Below, in pieces: positions 17,707 to 25,839 of a stretch of DNA of 32,000 nucleotides (positions are counted from its first letter, which is position 1; the number at the start of each line of letters is the position of its first letter). This DNA comes from Candidatus Kuenenia stuttgartensis (lineage in GTDB: Bacteria > Planctomycetota > Brocadiia > Brocadiales > Brocadiaceae), in NCBI RefSeq assembly GCF_900232105.1, contig NZ_LT934425.1, positions 270,001-302,000 of the forward strand, in the 5' to 3' direction. Position numbers and translations under genes: made by a program. A model generated the notes under the pieces. The model was not told where the DNA came from. It was given only the letters and a program-made list of their open reading frames with translations, and ran no database searches.

Positions 17707-17897
17707 TCACCATTAAACTCTCAATTGTCTTTATTTGTCTTTTCTGCAGTAAATCCGGGTTGTGTGAACAGGAATGCTATTGTTTGTAAATGACCGTTGA
17801 AAATGGGAGTATTTTCAATTTCAGGATTTCTCAAAGTCTTATTATTTTTATCTATTGGCTGACGGGTTCAGATGAAATTCTTTTACCATTAAAAGGG

Positions 17898-18872
17898 TTA
17901 AAAGAGATATTCATATCCTGCCGTTTTAAGTTCCTCTCCCATATTAATTGTTTTTACCGCTTCACGCCAGTGAGGGTTTTCCGGCGCAAAAAAAGAGGGG
18001 GTACGATTAATATTTTTCTGCACCCATTCAAGCACATGCTCCGGCAAGGGCCTCTCCATAAATTCATATAATGTTTTCAAGGTCTGTTCCGGCGCCAGGA
18101 GCAGGTCTTCATGCCGAAAGAGAAAATAGTTATTTCCAAACAGTGCTTGTCCATCATAGTGGGTTCTGCGAAACATAATTTTCCACAAGAGCATAACCCG
18201 CATGTAAGCCTTGCATTTTCTGAGATGCGCATATTCAGGCGTTTTCAACAGTACATCTGACAATGTGCGGCTGGCGCCTATCAACGCTTCCGGTCCGCTT
18301 CCGAAGAAAATATTCTCGTCAGGAAATTTATCGCGCTGACGTTGCTTTTTCCCCAAAAAAAAAGATGCTGTGACCGAGCGGGGGTCACGCACAATATGAA
18401 TAAATTTTGCTTTAGGATCAATCTCCCATAGCGTCCGAACCTTAGAAAACATCCTGGTAAACTTTATTACCGTGTGTTCTGCCTGTGAAATCATGAATTT
18501 GATGTACTCTTTTGCGTAATCAGGCATATCCGTTTCAAATTCAAGTTCCGGTTTTCGTGGAGCACCGTAATTTAGCATATTTTCCATTTCTATGGCGGGC
18601 ATTTTGCCGGACAATATGTTTTTAAGAGATTTGCGGAGGGTGGTTTTCATATTTATCTTTTCCAGATGAAGGTATTTTTTCATAAAAGATGCACGACATT
18701 GCCTTACCTTTTCATAAAAATCCACAGACCTCATTCCGCTGCCACCCCCAAAGGTATCGTCAGTTGCGGTTGATAAAGGTTCATAGAAGCAGTCAAAGTT
18801 CCCATCTTCCCATAGAATATCAAATGCAATGGTCGTCCCGGAGCGTCGCATTCCCTGCATAAAAACGTTCAT
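17898..18872 (-). CDS. Sulfotransferase family protein
   Basis: MQGMRRSGTTIAFDIL (PAPS 5'-PSB-like), FIHIVRDPRSVTASFF (3'-PB-like). Confidence 0.85.
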   Translation of the reverse strand: MNVFMQGMRRSGTTIAFDILWEDGNFDCFYEPLSTATDDTFGGGSGMRSVDFYEKVRQCRASFMKKYLHLEKINMKTTLRKSLKNILSGKMPAIEMENMLNYGAPRKPELEFETDMPDYAKEYIKFMISQAEHTVIKFTRMFSKVRTLWEIDPKAKFIHIVRDPRSVTASFFLGKKQRQRDKFPDENIFFGSGPEALIGASRTLSDVLLKTPEYAHLRKCKAYMRVMLLWKIMFRRTHYDGQALFGNNYFLFRHEDLLLAPEQTLKTLYEFMERPLPEHVLEWVQKNINRTPSFFAPENPHWREAVKTINMGEELKTAGYEYLF

Positions 18873-19123
18873 GTATCATGCCTCAAAGATGTGTGTGTTA
18901 GGATTAAATTATAATGTGATATTAAATCAGACCTTTGCGATTGTAAGGTGCAGGCATAAATATATTTATATTGTGCTATTTATGTCAAGATGATTTAATT
19001 ACTACCATGACAAGGAGATTTCTTATTTCACCCCAAAATGGTAATTTTGCCTGAAATATCATTTTTACCGGTAATTACGATTTCAACCTCTTCACTTTTT
19101 ATCAATTTCGGGAAACGAACTAA

Positions 19124-19504
19124 ATGGATACAATCCGTTATACCTTCACAAAAGCGGAACGTCTGTTACGAAAGAAGGAGTTTGATAAAGTATTTGACGA
19201 AGGCACGGTATTTAAAAACAAATTTCTAGTTCTGTACGTTGCGCCCGGCGCGCAGAAATGTTCACGCATGGGACTGGTCGTGAGTAAAAAAATCGGGAAT
19301 GCCGTACGCCGGAATCGCGTGAAAAGATTATTACGGGAAGTATTCCGGCTGAATAAAAACAGGTTAACGGTACCGGTAGACATTGTTATCATCCCACGAA
19401 ACACGTTCACCTCTTCTTTGAAATTGTTTGATATTAGCGCCGGATTTCAACAGGCAATCCATCAAATCAACAAAAATTTTGCAAATGAAATTCATCATAA
19501 TTAA
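19124..19504 (+). CDS. rnpA: Ribonuclease P protein component
   Basis: RLLRKKEFDKVFDEG, RMGLVVSKKIGNAVRRNRVKRLLREVFR. Confidence 0.95.
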   Translation: MDTIRYTFTKAERLLRKKEFDKVFDEGTVFKNKFLVLYVAPGAQKCSRMGLVVSKKIGNAVRRNRVKRLLREVFRLNKNRLTVPVDIVIIPRNTFTSSLKLFDISAGFQQAIHQINKNFANEIHHN

Positions 19505-19694
19505 ACTGCTTCAGTTATACCAATATGCCATTTCCCCTCTTTTCCATCATGCCTGCCGGTTTGAACCCACCTGTTCTCAGTACATGATTAACGCCGTAAA
19601 AAAGAAGGGGTTGTTGCGTGGCGTCTGTTTGGGGATGTGGAGGATATTGCGCTGTAATCCCTTTGGCGGCTCAGGATATGATCCGGTAAAATAA
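19485..19694 (+). CDS. yidD: Membrane protein insertion efficiency factor YidD
   Basis: LLQLYQYAISPLFHHACRFEPTCSQYMINAVKKKG...GMWRILRCNPFGGSGYDPV; ATG at 19485, overlaps rnpA by 20 nt. Confidence 0.95.
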   Translation: MKFIIIKLLQLYQYAISPLFHHACRFEPTCSQYMINAVKKKGLLRGVCLGMWRILRCNPFGGSGYDPVK

Positions 19695-19726
19695 TTTTGC
19701 GGTAATTGTTTTTATGGAGACCATAT

Positions 19727-20506
19727 TCATTTTTCTTGCGGTGTATTGTTGCTTAAAACCTCATAGAGTTTTAATTCCTTTTCTGCGTCTTCAATCAACC
19801 CTTTCTTCCGGTAAGCAAATTCGAGGTTTTTGTGAGACATTGGGATTTTCGGATTGAGCTGAATGGATTTTTTTAATGCCGCAATAGCCTCATCCAGTTT
19901 GCCTGTTTCCGTATAAGCCGCCCCTAAATTGTTATACAAAACGGGATCGTCTGGTTGTGTTTCGAGCACCTTCTTATATGATTTGATGGCGTCGTCAAAA
20001 CGGTTTTTTTGTGCATATGCAATCCCCAGCGCATACTGTGCCTCCGTGAAATCCGGTTTCAATTCAACCGCCTTTTCCCAAAAAGCAATAGCATTATCCT
20101 GATTATTATTTCTTGCTTGTATCGCCCCTACATTGTAAAGAATTTGTGGGTCGTAGGGATATAACTCCAATACTATCTTATACTCTTCGAGGGCTTTATT
20201 GAGCTGCCCTTTTTTATGATAAACAGTCGCTATGTTGCAGTGGGCGTCTCTGTTGTACGGGTCTATACTCAATGCTTTTTTATAATACTGCATAGCTTCA
20301 TCCAGTTTTCCCTGGCTGTCAAAAAGGACGCCCTGACGGTTGTAATTGTCGGGGTCTTGCACCCCGCAACTATTTATTGCCAAAATAAGGAGGAGAAACA
20401 GGAACATTTTGCGTTTTACATATGTTTGAAGAAACATGGATTTAAACCTCTTTTTGTATCGTTTCATTGGCATAGGAATTTTCACTCGAAAATACCATTT
20501 ATCCAC
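19727..20506 (-). CDS. TPR-repeat protein, probable lipoprotein
   Basis: Hydrophobic N-terminus with INSCG and at least five TPR units. Confidence 0.88.
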   Translation of the reverse strand: MDKWYFRVKIPMPMKRYKKRFKSMFLQTYVKRKMFLFLLLILAINSCGVQDPDNYNRQGVLFDSQGKLDEAMQYYKKALSIDPYNRDAHCNIATVYHKKGQLNKALEEYKIVLELYPYDPQILYNVGAIQARNNNQDNAIAFWEKAVELKPDFTEAQYALGIAYAQKNRFDDAIKSYKKVLETQPDDPVLYNNLGAAYTETGKLDEAIAALKKSIQLNPKIPMSHKNLEFAYRKKGLIEDAEKELKLYEVLSNNTPQEK

Positions 20507-20595
20507 CCCCGCCCAGGAATGAAATTGATCGCTTTTTTATAATATCACGAATACAAATACATTTTCTAATAAATTCTTAAAATGGCAATAATTTC

Positions 20596-20746
20596 GTAAC
20601 ATTTTAGTTTTCTGAAAAAGCAGGGGCGAAGCATTTGCCCGTTTGGGTATGAACGTATTTATGACAACTTATAGCAAATGCTTCGCCCCTACACTATGCG
20701 GCAAACATCGCTATTATTGAAATTTTTCAAAAAACTAAAGTGCTAC
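20596..20746. repeat. MITE-like nested inverted-repeat element, 151 bp
   Basis: Outer IR 20596-20619 / 20723-20746 (21/24 match); inner perfect 17-bp IR AGGGGCGAAGCATTTGC 20622-20638 / 20674-20690. Confidence 0.7.
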
Positions 20747-20995
20747 ATAATTTCAGGGATACTGAAGTGCCTTTTGTAAAACAGTACCTAAGCTGATTGA
20801 TTACAGTGAGATAATATCTTAAAAGTTATTTCTTTGCACACTTCCATTCGTCAGTGCGTGCTTTTTGTAAAAATATTTAATGGTGAAATACGAATATTTA
20901 GTTTTTTAATCTGTGGAATCTGTATAATCTGTGGTTCCGCCTTTCGTATCTCATGCTTGTTTTTATTTCTGGCTTGTCCATGTTAGGAGAATACT

Positions 20996-23704
20996 ATGGT
21001 TTACAGGAATACATTTTTTCGTTATCTGCATTGCGTTTTTTTTATTAAAAAGCTACGGCTATTTGCCCTTTCTCTCATTACGGTTCTCTCACTGTTTTAC
21101 GGAATGGGGAGTATTAACGGTTACACCGAAGGTATGAATGAAGGGGTTTCCGCATTATTCCATGATACACAGAATGCCTTCGTCTTTTACCTTGATAATG
21201 GTATGGAGGTGATACTGGTTGAAAATCATGCCAGCCCCATGATCACCGCTTTTACCATTGTAAAGACAGGCAGTTGTAATGAGGATGCGTCAACCAACGG
21301 CTGTGCTCATTTTCTGGAACATCTTCTTTTTAACGGGACAAAATCACGCACACAAAAACAACTTTACGATGAGATGGCTTTTTACGGAGGATACAATAAT
21401 GCAAACACAACCACCGATTATACAAATTTTATGATCCTTATGCCGAAAGAATATATTTCTCAAGGCATGGATATTCAGGCAGACATGTTATTTAATTCTA
21501 TTTTACCGGAAGAAAAATTTGAAAAAGAACGGGGTATTGTTATAGAAGAAATCGGAAAATGGGAAAATAATCCGGCGCAGCAGGCGCAAAATCATTTTTT
21601 ACGCACATTTTTTGCAAACACCCCTTACGAGCGGCCAGTACTCGGTACGGTTTCCACTATTTCACATCTCAAATATGACGCGGTGCGCGAGTATTACAAA
21701 ACATGGTATGTTCCCAATAATATGATATTGATGGTCATTGGCGATTTTATAACAACGGAAGTGATTGAGCTGGTGAAGGAAAAATACGGAAAATATCCTG
21801 CCGGAAGATTGCCGGAGAAAAAGGGTATTCAATTCAATCCCCCAAATAAATTACGCATTATTCAGGCAAATGGTATTGGTAATTTTCCGGCAGACAGACA
21901 ATATCTCTCTATAGGATATGTGCTTCCTCCCCCGACCGGTGAAGACTTTCAGTCATTACAAATGCTGGCTGAATTTCTTGGTGGAAAGGAGAATTCTGTG
22001 CTGGATGTATTGTTTCGTAAGGAAGAGAATAGCGATTTACTCTATTCGATAAGCGCCAACATGGAATTTCACCGTGAATTTTCAACACTGCAAATATCGG
22101 CAGAACTTCCTTCTGATTCCGATACGGATCATGTCGTTGGTCTTATTTTACAGGCAATAGATGATATGGCGGTGAATACTGTATCTACTGAGGAATTGAA
22201 CACCCTCTTAACCTCCGGATTAATCAATGAAATATATCTGCAGGAAAAATTGCATTATTATGCAATGATGAAGTCCGGTTATCTTGTTGCGGGTGGATAT
22301 GCGTTTTATCGTGAATATATGGATGGGCTAATAAAAGTTACCCCGCAATCCATTCAAAAAGTCTGTCAGAAATACCTAAAGGACCAACTGCCCGTTATAA
22401 CAACAATGTCGCCTTCCGCTCCTATAAACAAAGAAACGACAAAACGTTCACAGAGCAGTTACTATCAGGAAATCTTACCGAACGGATTGACTGTTGCCAT
22501 AAAGGAAAACCGGGACAGCAGGGTTGTGGGGATACATCTGCTGGCAAAGGATCGCTGCATTGCAGAAGGAGAGGGAAAGCACGGCTTAACAGAAATACTG
22601 CAGCGGATGTTCCTGTCGGGCGGGACGCTTCATTACCCGGAAGATGCATTGTATAAAGAGTACGAATCCATCGGGGCGGAGATCAAACTGTATGATAACC
22701 CTCATATTGATTTTGATGATTACTATAATTCCCCGCGTTTTGCATATATTCGTTTAAAAGTTGTTGATTTTTATTTTGAAAAAGGGATTCAACTACTGGC
22801 AGAAACAATACTCCATCCGCAACTGACACAGGAGCATTTTGAACAGGCAAAAAAAGAGGTGATTCCCCTTGCCGCCAGGGCGGAATCAGATACACCGCTT
22901 AGGGCAAAACGTGTGTTTTATAAAAACTTGTTTGCCATGGATATCGGGTATGGCAATGAGATTGGTTTTCCCGAACAACTGGATAAATTATCCTTAGAAG
23001 ATGCAAAATCCCTTTACAATAAATTGTATAATCCATCAAATTTGATTCTTGCTGTTTCCGGAAATATTCCGGTGGATGAGGCGTTGCTTCTTATAAAGCG
23101 CAGTTTTGGAGGGACATGGGGCAATGCGGGCTGGAATGCGCCGGTGCAGCATATCGTTTTTAATGAACCGGTGGGAAGGATCGTCCGTGAAAAAACAGGA
23201 AAGACACAATCGTATATTTCAGTGGGCAGTACGTACGAAATACAAAAAGGCGAAGTACCGGCGCTTGCTGTTTTACAATATGTATTCTCCGAAAGTTTAG
23301 CCTTTCAACTGAGGGAAACGCAAGGGCTTGCCTATAGTATTGGCGTCAGTTTCCCCTTACATAATAATGCGCAATGGTACAGGATTACCATGGGTACCCG
23401 TCCTGAGAATATAAACCGTGCCATAAGCGGCATACAAAAGGAAATTAATGATATACGCAAGAGAAAATACGAAAAGGATGAAGTGCAAAAAGCTATTAAC
23501 GCGATATTGGGACGTCATGGCATGCGCAGGCTGGACAGGGTGAATCAGGCGTATTATATGAGTATGGAGATACTTGATGGCAACCCGCCGGAAGATGATG
23601 AATTATTTTCAGAAAAGTTAAAAAAAGTAACCCCCGAAGAAGTAGCGCAATTGGCACAAAAGGTATTTAAGAATGACGACCATCTAATCATTATCATCGA
23701 GTGA
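20996..23704 (+). CDS. M16 family zinc peptidase (insulinase-like, two-domain)
   Basis: GCAHFLEHLLFNGT (HxxEH), duplicated M16 architecture over 902 aa, C-terminal R/Y region GLAYSIGVSF. Confidence 0.93.
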   Translation: MVYRNTFFRYLHCVFFIKKLRLFALSLITVLSLFYGMGSINGYTEGMNEGVSALFHDTQNAFVFYLDNGMEVILVENHASPMITAFTIVKTGSCNEDASTNGCAHFLEHLLFNGTKSRTQKQLYDEMAFYGGYNNANTTTDYTNFMILMPKEYISQGMDIQADMLFNSILPEEKFEKERGIVIEEIGKWENNPAQQAQNHFLRTFFANTPYERPVLGTVSTISHLKYDAVREYYKTWYVPNNMILMVIGDFITTEVIELVKEKYGKYPAGRLPEKKGIQFNPPNKLRIIQANGIGNFPADRQYLSIGYVLPPPTGEDFQSLQMLAEFLGGKENSVLDVLFRKEENSDLLYSISANMEFHREFSTLQISAELPSDSDTDHVVGLILQAIDDMAVNTVSTEELNTLLTSGLINEIYLQEKLHYYAMMKSGYLVAGGYAFYREYMDGLIKVTPQSIQKVCQKYLKDQLPVITTMSPSAPINKETTKRSQSSYYQEILPNGLTVAIKENRDSRVVGIHLLAKDRCIAEGEGKHGLTEILQRMFLSGGTLHYPEDALYKEYESIGAEIKLYDNPHIDFDDYYNSPRFAYIRLKVVDFYFEKGIQLLAETILHPQLTQEHFEQAKKEVIPLAARAESDTPLRAKRVFYKNLFAMDIGYGNEIGFPEQLDKLSLEDAKSLYNKLYNPSNLILAVSGNIPVDEALLLIKRSFGGTWGNAGWNAPVQHIVFNEPVGRIVREKTGKTQSYISVGSTYEIQKGEVPALAVLQYVFSESLAFQLRETQGLAYSIGVSFPLHNNAQWYRITMGTRPENINRAISGIQKEINDIRKRKYEKDEVQKAINAILGRHGMRRLDRVNQAYYMSMEILDGNPPEDDELFSEKLKKVTPEEVAQLAQKVFKNDDHLIIIIE

Positions 23705-23801
23705 TTCATATTTTTGTGCGGGTGTATGAAGGTAAAATATTTTCGGGTGCGAATTGCAAAAATAGGCTTAACCACTACCGTAAAGTTTCAAAGGAGTTAT
23801 T

Positions 23802-23921
23802 ATGCGGTATGAAAATCAAGTTGATCGTAGTAAGGAGAGAAATTTCCGGTTTTGCATGGTAAATACTAACCGTGATAAGATAGAAAATATGACCGCAATT
23901 CACGTTTCAGTGCGGAAATGA
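23802..23921 (+). CDS. Possible 39-aa small protein
   Basis: AAAGGAG RBS, ATG at 23802, translation MRYENQVDRSKERNFRFCMVNTNRDKIENMTAIHVSVRK. Confidence 0.25.
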   Translation: MRYENQVDRSKERNFRFCMVNTNRDKIENMTAIHVSVRK

Positions 23922-23943
23922 TGTGATTATTTTCTAAATGACA

Positions 23944-23984
23944 AAAGGCTGGATAGGATGCATTCCTGATCCAGCCTTTTATTA
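23944..23984. terminator. Intrinsic terminator between convergent genes
   Basis: Perfect 11-bp stem AAAGGCTGGAT / ATCCAGCCTTT with 14-nt loop followed by T-rich tract. Confidence 0.85.
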
Positions 23985-24016
23985 TAAAAAACTACTTAAT
24001 TATTTTTGCTTAATGA

Positions 24017-24517
24017 TTATTTGCGATATTTCGTATGGCAATTTATACAGGCGTTTTTTAATAATCCTGTAAAGGCAGACAACAATTGATCTGAGTCCTG
24101 GGAGTCGGCAGCTTTTTTCAAGGACGCAACTTGCTTATTTATCTCATCCACATAATTAGCAAAATCTTTTTTCTGTATGTCCCTTGCCGGATTTTCTTCC
24201 ACCTTCCTAAATCTATTACTGTTTTCAAAAAAACTTATAAACATACTTTTGCTTTTTTCTGAAATATGGTCAGCTTCCTGCTTGATATAATTAAAATCAT
24301 CCTTAAGTATGCCCTCTAAAATGTTATTTACTGCATGCTCCAAATCCCTGGTGAATGTCTTAACAGGTAAATTAACTCCTTCATGCTTTCCTGTCTGTTC
24401 ATGAGTTATTATTTGTCCCTCACTTCCGAATGTATGATTAGAAATTGCAAAATTCAACATACCAACGATTCCAAAGAAGCTTACTAAACCCATCTTTACC
24501 GTAGTTACCCGTCCCAT
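24017..24517 (-). CDS. Exported c-type cytochrome, cytochrome c'-like
   Basis: Signal sequence, helical body and C-terminal CINCH heme motif; start reassigned to ATG at 24517 preceded by AGGAG. Confidence 0.8.
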   Translation of the reverse strand: MGRVTTVKMGLVSFFGIVGMLNFAISNHTFGSEGQIITHEQTGKHEGVNLPVKTFTRDLEHAVNNILEGILKDDFNYIKQEADHISEKSKSMFISFFENSNRFRKVEENPARDIQKKDFANYVDEINKQVASLKKAADSQDSDQLLSAFTGLLKNACINCHTKYRK

Positions 24518-24798
24518 AAATATTTCTCCTTTCCCTATAAAATATAAAACAATTAATAGCATCTATCCGGTAATAGTATCTATCCGGCAAAATTAAACAA
24601 TTATGTTTTTCACTACAAGCGTAATTATTCAGCGTAAATACTGCATGACTCGCCCTCAAAACTCCTATTTGAGGACACCTGCCTGCAGGCAGGTAATTGC
24701 AATGGAAAATATGTTTCCAACAAGAAGCATTCCAGCTTTTTTGTAAACAACCCGTAAAGATTAAAAGTAACTCATGCATCCAGCTTGAGTGTTAAATA

Positions 24799-24903
24799 TC
24801 AAAAGCAGGCCTTTTCGGTTTCTGATGCCATTATTTTATTGTTTACTAATAACGGCAACAAAACAACAAGCGAATAACCAATACATTTTTTCACATTAAT
24901 CAT
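24799..24903 (-). CDS. Possible 34-aa secreted/leader peptide
   Basis: AGGAGG on the minus strand, ATG at 24903; MINVKKCIGYSLVVLLPLLVNNKIMASETEKACF, signal-peptide-like. Confidence 0.35.
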   Translation of the reverse strand: MINVKKCIGYSLVVLLPLLVNNKIMASETEKACF

Positions 24904-25201
24904 GACTTACACCTCCTATGAAAAAAACATCAAAAAAACCAGCTGTCGACAGCTATAGTTTGTTCTGAAACAAAACAGCTATAGAAAACCCTCTTTAATC
25001 AGGCTGTTTTAAATATCTGTTTAATGAAAAATTGCTCAAAAAAATTTATGAAAAGATACCAAATGGATAACAGGAATATAATATAACAAAACAAAAGAAA
25101 TTGTCAATATGCCCATATGGGTCGGCCTTTATGAATGCCCCCGTTTGGGTGTATTGGTTTTTATAAGCTACTATATAGAAAAACTATCAATTAGCCTTAT
25201 T

Positions 25202-25381
25202 GTAACACTTTATTTTTTTGAAAAATTCCAATAATGTAGTGCGACGAGGTTCGTCGCACTACAAATGACAATTTCCAGATCTTTTGTGCCAATATCTGCT
25301 ATTGTACCCTATCTTGCTACAAACAGGTTGCTCCTATGGTGTTTATAGGAAATACGTTTTTCAAAAGACTAAAAGTGTTAC
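25202..25381. repeat. Second MITE-like structure, 180 bp
   Basis: Outer arms GTAACACTTTATTTTTTTGAAAAA 25202-25225 and TTTTTCAAAAGACTAAAAGTGTTAC 25357-25381 with perfect 13-bp internal hairpin 25235-25263. Confidence 0.65.
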
Positions 25382-25426
25382 GTAAGTTCTCTTTTGTAAA
25401 CATTTTCACTACGTTCAGCAGTTTCC

Positions 25427-25445
25427 AGACGCATACAATGCGTCT
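25427..25445. repeat. Short palindrome AGACGCAT-aca-ATGCGTCT
   Basis: Perfect 8-bp stem with 3-nt loop. Confidence 0.5.
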
Positions 25446-25629
25446 CTACTACAAAAATATTGAAATTCCCAAACGTTAACTTATCGTTCCCGGCGGGTTC
25501 AGGTTGCAAACCAATGTCATTAAGTTAAGGATGCATTCCTGATTTTTTCTGACTCACGCCAGTTTTAAATAAAACATTACAGTAAGTTAACCCTGACAGA
25601 GTTGTCTCGTCCTGACCCCATTGCTATGC

Positions 25630-25835
25630 TTAACAAAAATATGAATTTAAAACATACTGCAGAACCATCCTGTGCGTATTAAAAAATGAGGCATTAATCG
25701 CTATTGAATGCTTCATTATATCAATCCATTTATCTTTATCATTATAAAACATCGGGACAATGACCGTCTCCAGTTTTTCATACATTCCCTCTATTTCGGT
25801 TTTCACGTCATCATTGATATCCGAAGCTTGTTTCC
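25630..25835 (-). pseudogene. 3' fragment of alpha-glucan phosphorylase gene, separated by IS
   Basis: GKQASDINDDVKTEIEGMYEKLETVIVPMFYNDKDKWIDIMKHSIAINASFFNTHRMVLQYV matches the phosphorylase C-terminus and rejoins the 5' part in frame once the IS is removed. Confidence 0.85.
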
Positions 25836-25839
25836 CTAG

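Noticed and set aside
19124-19694. Missing rpmH/yidC around rnpA-yidD as a notable rearrangement
   Set aside because: rpmH is not seen upstream and yidC not downstream, but the canonical cluster is variable across phyla, so this alone is not evidence of anything unusual.
24438-24779. 113-aa minus-strand ORF
   Set aside because: Overlaps the better supported cytochrome c'-like gene in another frame, has unnatural composition and no recognisable domain; likely spurious.
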